Source of the DNA: the human T2T-CHM13v2.0 reference genome, Homo sapiens
DNA: 64,000 bases
Assembly (NCBI RefSeq): GCF_009914755.1
Contig: NC_060932.1
Strand: one strand, 5' to 3'
Below the pieces are notes generated by a model. It was not told the origin of the DNA, searched no databases, and worked only from the letters and a program-made list of their open reading frames with translations. This document shows positions 53,344 through 64,000 of the stretch, piece by piece. Each line of letters begins with the position of its first letter. Position 1 is the stretch's first letter. A program made the position numbers and the translations under genes.

Positions 53344-54106
53344 GTTATGGACTGCATGATTTTGTTTCCCCAAATTCATAAGCTGAACTCAGAACCCCCG
53401 GTGTGATGGTGTTAGGAGGTGGGGCCTTTGGAAAGTGATTAGGTCATAAGGGTGGAACCCTCGTAATGGAATCAGTACCCTTGTAAGAAGAGACAGGAGA
53501 GAGCTTGTTTTTGTGTTAGGCTGTTCTTGCGTTGCTACAGAGAAATACCTGAGACTGAGTAATTTATGAAGAAAAGGCATTTAATTGGCTCACGGTTCTG
53601 CAGGCATGGCACTGGCATCTGCTCAGCTTCTGGGGAGGCCTCAGGGAGCTTTTACTCATGGTGGGAGGCAAATAGGGAGTCAGGCACGTCACACGGGAGG
53701 GCAGGAGCAAGAGATAATGAGGGTGGGTAGTGCCACATTCTTAAATAACCAGATCTCAAGAGAATGCACTCACTATTGCCAGGATAGCACTAAACCACGA
53801 GGGATCCGCCCTTGTGACCCAGACACCTCCCACCCAGGCCCCACCTCCAAGATGGAGAATTACAGTTCAACATGAGGTTTGGCGGGGACATATATTCAAA
53901 CTCTATCAGTTTGCTTCCTCTCTCTTTCTCTCTTCTTCTCTTCTTCTCCAAGAAGACAGACATCTGCAAGCTAGCAAGCAGGTCCTCACCAGACATCAAC
54001 TTGCTGGCACCTTGATCCTGGATTTCCCAGCCTCTACAGCCATGAGAAATATGTTTGTGTTAAGCCATCCAGTCTGGAGTAATTTGTTATGGCAGCCCAG
54101 ACTAAG
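53344..54106 (+). mobile_element. MLT1A/MST-type LTR split by an MSTB LTR
   Basis: 5' part 53344-53511, 3' part 53909-54106 ending ggcagcccagactaag. Confidence 0.85.
53512..53908 (-). mobile_element. MSTB-like solo LTR nested in the opposite orientation
   Basis: tgtgttaggctgttcttgcgttgctac...caaactctatca; TSD gtttt / gtttg. Confidence 0.9.
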
Positions 54107-54638
54107 GAAGGGAGCACGAAGAAATCAGGAAATATGGCCCCAGTATGATGCTGGGCTCTGTGGGAGACAGCTGCTTGAAGGCAGCAGAGGTGTCATCTGT
54201 AGAGGCTTACCACCTCTTAAGATTATGTTGGGGTTTCCAAGCAATGACTCATGACAATAATATCCAGGGGGACAGAGCCAGTCATTGAGTTCCAATGCAT
54301 ATTATCTATACAAAAAGTGGGTTAGCCAAAGCTCTCCATGGCTTCAAGGGCTGGACACAGCCTTGAGATATCAAATCATTAATAGGAGCCAAAAGTTCTT
54401 ATTCTACCATCATTATTAATATTGATAAAAGAAAGCAGAGGTATTGCTGATTCAAAATCACATGACCAAAATATCTTGTCTACTGTCCATCTCCTCCCCT
54501 AAATATAAATTTGATAGAGATCTTTTCTGTCCTAGTCTCTGCTGTAGCCCCAGAACCAGAGTGTCTGTCACAAAACAGGTGCCCAGTGAACATTTGTTCA
54601 ATGGACGAATGATGAACAGATTAAAATAATAGACCGTG

Positions 54639-54778
54639 GCTGAAATTGCTATTTTAGCCAACAAACGCAGTATCAAATTATCAAAATTGCTATTTTAGCC
54701 AACATGTGCAATATCAAATAATCAAATAGACTTGATCATTTCGATAGCGCATATGTTGGCTAAAATAGCAATTTCAGC
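54639..54778. repeat. Long inverted repeat with tandemly duplicated (41-bp) left arm
   Basis: 54639-54663 is the exact reverse complement of 54754-54778; 54684-54705 of 54753-54774. Confidence 0.95.
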
Positions 54779-55537
54779 GTCTTAAAGACATGTGCATGCA
54801 TAGTCAGCTCTTGATTAGTTCTTCTTTAGTTTGTACATGCTTTTAGATCATCACTTAGTGTCTCTTGCTGCCCATTTTTGGCCCGTTTTACGATTTGTTT
54901 GCAACCTATAATCATGTCTAAGTGGAGAAGACCAGTGAAAGCCAGGCAAGTTGATAACATCTTCACTCTAGAAAAGAGTGAGAGTTTTGGGGTGAGTAGG
55001 TGAAGGGGTTTGAGGTGGTCTGCGTCCTGCCATCTGTCTGTTTTCCCCAGTCCTCATGGCCACGTACAATTGCAGAAGTCAGAGGCAACCTTGCTTCCTC
55101 AGAATCTTGCATGAATTGAGAGCACTTGCAATCAGTCTGGGGCCACAGTAATTGAAATTAATTGAATTTTAGAGATAATAACGTTTATACTAATGTGTGT
55201 ATTGAGAGGAGACAATAATCTAAGAGATAAGTACCTAGGAGAGGTGGGGTGGGAGAACGTGCATCCCAGCAGGACAGATTAGCAGTCCTGGAGCAGGGGG
55301 TCTGGTCGGGGAGGGATAAGGCAAGTGGAGTTGTGAAGACGCTGAGGTTTTAGAGACGCAAGAGAGAGAAGCAACCTGGGGAGGAAGAGGCAGAAGAACC
55401 TTTGTATGATAATGATCATAATATTAATAGTGCCAGATGCCCTTTATTGAGTGTTTCTATGTGCCAGGCACTATGTATTTTAAATTTGTGATGTTATTTT
55501 ATTTTCACAAGAAGCTCATGAGGTGAGTTGTCCTCCG

Positions 55538-55891
55538 TATTTTATTTTATTTTATTTTATTTTATTTTATTTTATTTTATTTTATTTTATTTTATTTTAT
55601 TTTTGAGACAGAGTCTTGCTCTTTCGCCCAGGCTGGAGTGCAGTGGCGTGATCTCAGCTCGCCGCAACCTCTGCTTCCTGGGTTCAAGTGATTCTTCTGC
55701 CTCAGCCTCCTGGGTAGCTGGGATTACAGGTGTGTGCCACCATGCCCAGCTAATTTTTGTATTTTTTAGTAGAGATAGGTTTTGTATTTTTTAGTAGAGA
55801 AGGCTGGTCTCAAACTTCTGACCTCAAGTGATTTGCCTGCCTCACCCTCCCAAAGTGCTGGGTTTACAGGTTTGAGCCACTGAGCCTGGCC
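55538..55891 (-). mobile_element. AluS with (TTTTA)n tail, inserted in a MIR
   Basis: Antisense dimer; linker segment duplicated at ~55755-55800; MIR remnants on both sides. Confidence 0.94.
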
Positions 55892-55982
55892 TTATTTTAT
55901 TTTAAAGAAGAGAAGCCTTAGATTTAAAGGGATTTAAATAATTTGCCTCAGGTTGTTTGGCATATACAAATGCCAAATAACG

Positions 55983-56444
55983 CAGTTGGCCCTTGAACAA
56001 TGTAAATTTGAATTGCATGGCTCCACTTATATGCAGATTTTTTTTCAATAAAAGTTACATGAGCATTGCTGTCTCTCCAGCCTCCCCTTCCACCTCCTTC
56101 ACCTCTTCTACCCCTGAGACAGCAAGATCAGCCCCTCATCTTCCTCCTCAGCCTACTCAACATGAAGATGATAAGAATGGAGCACCTTTATGATAACCCA
56201 CTTCCACTTAATAAATAGTAAATACATTTTCTCTTCCTTATGGTTTTCTTAATAATATTTTCTTTTCTCTAGCTTACTTTATTGTAAGAATAAAGTATAT
56301 AATATGTGTTCATCAACTATTTGTGTTATCGATAAGGCTTCTGGTCAACAGTAGGCTATTAGTAGTTACCTTTTTAGGGAGTCAAAAGTTATAGTTGGAT
56401 TTTTGACTAGACAGGGTTCCCCTGCATTGTTCAAGGATCAACTG
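55983..56444 (+). mobile_element. Tigger2a (TcMar-Tigger) non-autonomous DNA transposon
   Basis: TIRs cagttggcccttgaacaa / ttgttcaaggatcaactg, TA at the right end, typical internal sequence. Confidence 0.9.
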
Positions 56445-56694
56445 TACTCTTAACTATTTATCTACAGCATATCTCATTTATCCGAAGCAGGAAACCAAGA
56501 GCAGAGAGGACCAGGAGAGAAGACATTCTAGAGAAAGAGCCAAGGAGGCTGCTGATTCTGAAGCAGCTCCAAAGAGGGTGGTTTTGATAAGGACCTGGTT
56601 CCTGAGGAAATAAAGGAAGTCTGATTCCAGATAGCAAGCATTTCCCAAGAAAGGACTCTTTATATTTTATACATTTATAAATATAAATGTAAAA

Positions 56695-56758
56695 GGATTT
56701 ATATTTTAAACATTACTTCTGCCCATTTCTGGATGGAAGTGGTGCAATTTTAGCTGGC
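56695..56758 (+). repeat. Copy 1 of a dispersed ~64-bp direct repeat
   Basis: Matches 59589-59657. Confidence 0.93.
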
Positions 56759-57259
56759 TTTGGGTTTGTCCCTAGCTCTTGCGCAGTGGTCTGCCTATGG
56801 TGCCCTACAAGAATGCTTAAAGTGAGGGAGTAAATGCACAAATGGGGTACTGCGTGAGTATGAGGCCAGTTGATTCTACTGATGAAGTGACAGTGAAAAC
56901 TGCCATCCCCTCCCCATCTTTATCCCAGTTATTATTATTATTTTTTAAACTGAATCTACCGCCATATTCTCATACTATGAGAAAATGTAAACTTTTATCT
57001 GTAATGAACTGTAAGGGGAATCGTAGAGAGGACTGAGAGAGAGAGGTTTAGTAAAGAAGATGGTTTTAGAAGAGAAACCCTAGATCACATGAGTGATAGC
57101 AGCAGAAACTTACCCAAGTGAGAAGGCAAACTTGCAGTGATGTTTTTACCTGGATTGTGAGCTGTTCTATCAAGAGTCCTTGAAGGTTAGGTAGCTGGAG
57201 TTATCAGCCACCTTGGAGAGAGTCCTCTGGGCATGTTGGTGCTTCTTTGTGTATAGCAG

Positions 57260-57879
57260 TGCCAGAAGCGTTTGAACCAGAGTGACTCCATCTTAAATAA
57301 GGGCTGGGTAAAATGAGGCTGAGACCTGCTGGGCTGCATTGCCAGAAGGTTAGACATTCTTAGTTACAGGATGAGATAGGAGGTTGGCACAAGATACAGG
57401 TCACAAAGACACCAGTGATAAAACAGGATGCGATAAAGAAGCTGGTCAAAACCCACCAAAATCAAGATGGTGAGGAAAGTAACTGCTGGTCATCCTCACT
57501 GCTCGTTATACGCTAATTATAATGCATTAGCGTTCTAAAGATACTCCTGCCAGTGCCATAAATGCCATGGCAACATCTGGAAGTTACCCTCCCTAAAAGG
57601 GAGAGGAACCCTCAGTTCCAGAAATTCCCTGCCCTTTTCCCGGAAAACTCATGAATAATCTACCCCTTGTTTTGGCACATAATCAAGAAATAACTACACA
57701 TAGACCCAGTCAAGCAGCCCCTGCTGCTGCTCTGTGTATGCAGTAGCCATTCTTTAATTCCTTGACTTTCTTAATAAACTTGCTTTCATGGTACTCTTTG
57801 GACTTGCCCGAAATTCTTTCTTACATGAGATCCAAGAACCCTCTCTTGGGGTCTGGATTGGGACACCTTTCTGGTAACA
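57260..57879 (+). mobile_element. MER41B solo LTR (ERV1)
   Basis: tgccagaagcgtttgaaccagagtgactccatctt...gagatccaagaaccctctcttggggtctggattgggac...ggtaaca; ~620 bp; TSD gcag / gcaa. Confidence 0.92.
57637..57645. promoter_or_regulatory. GAS (STAT1) motif TTCCCGGAA within MER41B
   Basis: Exact TTC-N3-GAA; neighbouring tandem site at 57616-57624 is degenerate (ttccagaaa). Confidence 0.6.
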
Positions 57880-59588
57880 GCAATGTGATGCGGTTTGGAG
57901 ACAGACAGAGCTGGACTTAAATTTAGGCTCAAACATCCACTAGTTGAGTGACCTTAGGTTAGTCCCTTTGCATTTTGAAAGTGGGACTTTCTACTGTCAA
58001 GTGGCGCTGCTAATATCTGCCTCTCAAGGTTCTCTTGGAGTTTCCAAATAATGACTAAAACCCTGGCTCATCACAGGCATTCCATAAACAGTGGAGGTTT
58101 TGTGGATGTGCTTAACTTTGATCAGGCAGAGAAGCAGAGAACAGAAGTTAGAATTCCTTTCCTTCCCCCACACCCCCCGATTTTTAGTGATTTTTGCTGT
58201 ATCGCGTCTTTTGAAATGTGAATGTTGACCTCCCAACCTATTTTCGTTGATATTTAAGTCAACATTGAACTTCGTGTTTCCCAAATGGAAGGCTGTGTCA
58301 TTATTAATCCATTTGGTCATTTCTTTCCTTTCATTTTCAAGCCCTTTTTAGTTACTTTTGCTTGAAAAGGTCTAACATGTACCTTTAATCTCCTTGTCAT
58401 ATAGCAAACTGCCATTTACATCTTTCTTTTTATAATATATGGATACTTTATTCAGTATAATTTTGTGCTTTGGCAATATGCAAGTATCATTATTATGTTT
58501 TTGCATAGTTACTATCTGGGTCAGATCATGGGACTATTCTTGTATATTTGAGAGAGATGACAAAATTAAAATGATAGTGAAGTTAGGTACTATTATCTCA
58601 GCCTAATAGAGCTGGTCTCAAATTGAATGATGCTTAAACTGATTCCAAGGTCATGATATGTGTAAATTTCATAAGTCTTGTTGGCTTGCATTTCCTTGCA
58701 TTCCTAGTCATTAGAAAAGCCATTCACCTCCCCACTAATCAGTCTCTGAATGCTGCAAATCCCAGCACAACTGTCAGCCATTCCCTCCAACTCAGGAACA
58801 TGGCATTGCCCCATTCTCTTATTTGCCATAGTCATTGTCTCTGGGCAACCTTACACAGTCCTCATACACCTCATCTGAGCTTCCTAAGGCATAAACGCAG
58901 CACCATAACAATAGTCCATTAAATAAAAAGGCTGTCTGTCCTGACATTGTGGTGCCCTGAAAATACTGAAGACCGCCAGCCACTTAGAAGCAATGAAAAA
59001 CATCAAACTGGATAGAAATTGCGGTGCTGCTCTTAAGTTCAATTTTCCTTGTAGCTCAATTTCCTGGCTTTGCACTTTCCTAGGTAAATCACGTTAATAG
59101 AGGAGAAAGGCAGGGGCTACAGGGAGGTTGATAGTGGATAGCCGGATGGTCCTCTGGAGAGAGAGCATCTCATCCTGAACCATCAGGGAATAGGTAACAG
59201 GTACTCCTGACAAGCAGGTATTCAGTGGTATGAGAAGTCATTTAAATGGGAAGTGGGAGCAGAGGTCTTCTGCTGGAAGGGAGTATCTTCATTATTGCTG
59301 TCATGGTGCCTGTTAACTATCCCCATCCATCATGTGTTCAATACCTCAGTGAAATTAGCCAACTGCATATTACAGCAGAGCTCTGATGTGCCAATCTCCC
59401 TTGAAAGCATTAAGCTGTCTCTGTTATGCGTTCTCCACACCCTCCGCCCCCTTTTACTGCCCATTAATGATCTTTCATTTGCATCACAGAACAATGAAGT
59501 CCTTTGGCCAATTATGTGAAATTATAGGTGCTCTGTAGATGTCCTCTGTCACCTGTTTACCGTCTTTGCTGAAGCGGTGGGCTGGAGT

Positions 59589-59657
59589 GGATTCATATTT
59601 TAAACATTACTTGACTTCTGCCCATTTCTGGATGGAAGTGGTACAATTTTAGCTGGC
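59589..59657 (+). repeat. Copy 2 of the dispersed direct repeat
   Basis: Matches 56695-56758 with a 5-bp indel and 2 substitutions. Confidence 0.93.
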
Positions 59658-60116
59658 ACAATGAGCCCCTGCCTTTGGCTTAATAAACTGGCTCATGCCC
59701 AGACTGGATGAAACTATAAAGTCAGTCTTGACAGATCCCTTTAAGGGTTCCTTTCAGCTCATAAACCAGGAAGGGAATAGGACATCTCAGAACATAACAA
59801 CAAACTTGCCCCTTCTATCCCAGGAGACTTTTGGCATGCCTCCTCTGGGATGCTTCTCTTACCATAAAACCATTATTCCAACTTCATTGATTTGGAAAAA
59901 AAAGTTTGTACTTTTGAACACGAGTAAATGTATCATAATTTTCTAGGAACTGGAATACAAACGTAGGGGAAATGAACACTATGGAACATCTATTACCAGC
60001 CAGATGTGGTGATATGTACATGTATGTTAATTTTCAACCCAGCCTTGCAAAACAGATATTAAGCCTAACTTTATTAATGTGAGAATGGAAAAAATGATAG
60101 TTTAAGAAAATCATCT

Positions 60117-60453
<337 letters not shown>

Positions 60454-60479
60454 TTACCTTTCTTTTGCACAAGGAGGCA

Positions 60480-60700
60480 ATCTTGAGCAGACCCAGAGAA
60501 AAGCACTGGGATCTGAGCTGCACCATTTGCTAGCTGAGTTATCATTGGCAAGTCATTCATCCTCTATGTGCCCCAAATTTATCATCTGTATAATAAGGAG
60601 AGAAACACTGTTCAGGTCTAGGATTGTCATGAGATTATGTTAGACATCATAACAGCCTTGAGCACAAGGAAAGTACTCAAGGACTGTTATAACATTTCTT
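60480..60700 (+). mobile_element. MIR
   Basis: gctagctgagttatcattggcaagtcattcatcctctatgtgccccaaatttatcatctgtataataagg. Confidence 0.7.
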
Positions 60701-60765
60701 TCCTTTCTACATATCCTACTCAGGAAAAAAGCTGAAAAAACTAAGGGAAGAGAAGATGTACTCAC

Positions 60766-60767
<2 letters not shown>

Positions 60768-60807
<40 letters not shown>
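60768..60807 (+). repeat. Isolated (A)40 run
   Basis: Direct reading; no adjacent Alu or L1 body. Confidence 0.95.
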
Positions 60808-60808
<1 letters not shown>

Positions 60809-61027
60809 ACGGAGCATAAAAGCACTAAATTTCACAGCACTATTTATTGATATTACATAAGTTTAAGTAGGATGGTATAGCACTTAGTAGAAAAGCTTAT
60901 CATTAAAGCAATGCCTGGGTAGTGTAAAAGTTAAAAGCAAGGAGTTAGGTGAGGGAGGGATCAATACTGAAGTCATACAGAATGACAATCACCTTTCTCC
61001 CTAAGAGGACTTTGATTGAAAAACAAT

Positions 61028-61359
61028 TTTTTTTATTTATTTATTTATTTTTGTTTTTTTTTTTTTTTTTTTTTTTTGGGACAGAGTCTTTCTCTGTCGC
61101 CCAGGCTGGAGTGCAGTGGTGCGATCTTGGCTCACTGCAACCTCTGTCTCCTGGGTTCAAGTGATTCTCTTGCCTCAGCCTCCTGAGTAGGTAGGATTAC
61201 AGGCACCCGCCACCATGCCCAGCTAATTTTTGTATTTTTAGTAGGGACAGGGTTTCACCAGGTTGGCCACGCTGGTCTCGAACTCCTGACCTCGAGTGAT
61301 CCACCTGCTTCAGCCTCCCAAAGTGCTGAGATTACACGTGTGAGCCACCGTGCCCGGCC
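61028..61359 (-). mobile_element. Alu (AluSx-type)
   Basis: Antisense dimer; TSD-like aaaaacaatttt. Confidence 0.95.
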
Positions 61360-61526
61360 AAAACAAAAAACAATTTTAAGTAGCCAATACAGTCACATGA
61401 CTCAAATATAAAAAATCTTAAAGGTTTGCAGGGGAAGTTTTTTTTTCAATACATTCCCAAATTCTATTCCCCCATTTCTCCTCCCCAGAGACAATTAGTG
61501 TTATCAGTTCATTATTCTTGCAGACT

Positions 61527-61843
61527 TTCTTTTCTTTTTCTTTCTTTTTTTTTTCTTTTTTTAAAGAGACAGGGTCTTGCTTTGTTGACCAGGCTGGAAT
61601 ACAGTGGTGTGACCATAGATCACCTCAGCCTTTAACTCCTGGGTTTAAGTGATCCTTCTCCCTCAGCCTCCTGAGGACTACAGGTGCCTGCCACCATGCC
61701 CAGGTAATTTATTTTTACTTTTTTGTAGAGATGGGGTCTTGCTGTGTTGCCCAGGCTGGTCTTGAACTCCTGGACTCAAGCAATCATCCTGCCTCAGCCT
61801 CTCAAAGTATTGGGATTAGAGGCATGAGCCAGTGTACCTGGCC
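61527..61843 (-). mobile_element. AluJ
   Basis: Antisense dimer within old L1 sequence. Confidence 0.93.
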
Positions 61844-61871
61844 AAATTTCTTATAATGTGTGTTTGTTAGC

Positions 61872-62620
61872 ATACATATATAATATATAATATATGTAAT
61901 ATATAATATATGTAATATATTATATATAATATATGTAATATATAATATATAATATATGTAAGATATTATATATAATATATGTAAGATATAATATATATTA
62001 TATATTACACAATATATAATATATAATATAATATATTATATAGTATATATAATATATTATATAATATATATATAGTATATAATATATATATACTATATAT
62101 ATATAATATATAGTATATAATACATATAATATATATATAATATACTATATAATATATTATATAACATATAATATATAATATATAATATATAATATATACT
62201 ATATACTATATACTATATAATATACAATATATACTATATAATATATAATATATATAATATATACTATATAATATATACTATACTATATATAATATATAAT
62301 AAATATATAATATATAATATATATAATATATACTATATAATATACTATATATACTATATAATATATAATATACAATATATATATAATATACAATATATAT
62401 ATAATATATACTATATAATATATACTATATAATATATAATATACAATATATAATATATAATATATATAACATATATAATATAATGTATAATATATACTAT
62501 ATATAATATAATGTATAATATATACTATATATAATATATAATATATATAATATAATATATAATATATAATATATATAACATATAATATATATAATATAAT
62601 ATATATAATATATATATAAT
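61872..62620. repeat. ~750-bp interrupted (TA)n / (TATAA)n tract
   Basis: Almost pure A/T with recurring atatactat and atataat units. Confidence 0.97.
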
Positions 62621-62639
62621 TTTTTTGCCCCTCATATAT

Positions 62640-63330
62640 TCTTTCTGGACTATCATTTACACTGTAATTTCACCTAAAATATACTTTTGAGATTATTGGC
62701 TTCTCATTATACCAAGAGCTTCCTTTTATTTTTATGCCAGCATGACATTCTAGTTTATGTATTATAATTTATTAAATCCCCATTGATGGATATTTATTTT
62801 ATTCCCAATCTTTTTCCACCAGTAAAAAATGCTGCAGTGAATAATCATACACATATATCATTTTGCATGTGTGTGAGACTAGAACTGGTTTTCTGGGTCA
62901 AAGATTTTGTGCATTTGTAAAGTTGATAGATATCGCCAAATCGCCTTCTGTAGAGGTTGTGATTTTCTCTCTTCCTAGCATTGTCTGAGAGTAGTTGTTT
63001 CCCTATAGCTTTTCTATCCCAATTTTTAATGAAACTTCTGGATTTTTACCAATCTTATAGGTGAAAATTGTTTCCCAGTGTAACTTAAATAAATAGTTCT
63101 CATATGATGAAGGAGGTTGAGCCATTATTCTCATGTTTAAGAGCGATTACATTTTCTTTGCTGGGAGATGTCTCCTGTGAACAGTATCCTCTTTTCTGTT
63201 GTAATGTTTATATATCTCTTAAAATTATGTAAAGTACTTCGATTTTCCAGCTTGTCATTTGTCTTTTAACTTTGTATATTGTGCTTTTTCCCATGCAGAT
63301 GTTTTTGATTTTTATGTAGTTAAATTTTAA
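62640..63330 (-). mobile_element. Old L1M 3' region
   Basis: tccccattgatggatattt...aatgctgcagtgaata...gaggttgagccatt...catgtttaagagc antisense L1M motifs. Confidence 0.7.
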
Positions 63331-64000
63331 ATCTGCCTAACGTGATTTTTTAATTCCCTAAATTTATGTAGAATTTTTATTCCAGTGCAGTTTGGGCCCT
63401 TGGCTCCTTTCCACATCCCTCTTAACTGTGAATGGAATAAAAGCAAGCAGTGAAATGATTTTTCTGCTCTTCCATGACTCTTGTTACAGAGGCAGAGGTC
63501 AGCCCCATCCACTTCTTTCCATACATTTTGCTTAATACTAGGTGGTTAATAAATATTAAATGCATGAATGGGAGAGTGGATAAAAGCATGAAGGAAATGC
63601 TGAGTTGCTGAATACAGGCCCTGACAATGATGATATGTGAGTCCACAAAGCACAGAGACTAGGTGTTTTTGGATTCAACATGTTTATTCATTGGTCAGTG
63701 AGTTAACAATGCAGTATACAACATCATTCACTTTGTGAGTGGCCATTAAATGTTAATAGTTACTGTGCAACAGGTAGAATAAAGGAAGGGAAAAAAAGGG
63801 GTAAATATTCAAGACAAAACCAACAAAAATTCAGAACCTTGGACAGAACCAGGCCAGAGCTATTCTAAGGCATACATAAGAAGTCCTAGTGCCACCTAAA
63901 CAAACCCTTTAGTTTGGGGGGCACGAGGACTTTCCCTTTCAGCATTTCTCATCTGTCCCCATGTCTAGGGGCATAGTGCCATTTTTCTCTCTAGAACTGG

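Noticed and set aside
54643-54778. CRISPR-like repeat-spacer reading
   Set aside because: Only two direct copies, the 'spacers' are homologous, the third copy is inverted, eukaryotic context with no cas genes

Overview
Repeat-rich primate (human-like) genomic DNA, intronic or intergenic. I can support no protein-coding exon, RNA gene, CpG island or CRISPR-type feature; the listed ORFs derive from Alu, LTR or simple repeats, or are chance ORFs. Much of the window is interspersed repeat: about 24 Alu/FLAM/FRAM copies, many MIR and L2 relics, MaLR LTRs (MLT1, MST, THE1C) and DNA-transposon fossils (MER96, Tigger2a, MER5). It also holds a two-LTR MLT1A element (28.5-31.3 kb), a decayed two-LTR ERVL provirus with readable gag/RT/integrase relics (43.2-48.9 kb, minus strand) and a MER41B solo LTR with an intact GAS site. 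Long TG-rich (39.5-40.1 kb) and TA-rich (61.9-62.6 kb) tracts are present. I found no convincing new biological system. The least explained structures are a 140-bp palindrome with a duplicated arm (54.64-54.78 kb), a ~64-bp unique sequence copied 2.9 kb away (56.7/59.6 kb), a three-arm Alu, a locally duplicated and rearranged MLT1C segment, and tail-less Alus flanked by direct repeats. Repeat subfamily names come from recalled consensus features and need Dfam/RepeatMasker confirmation. Boundaries of old repeats are approximate.
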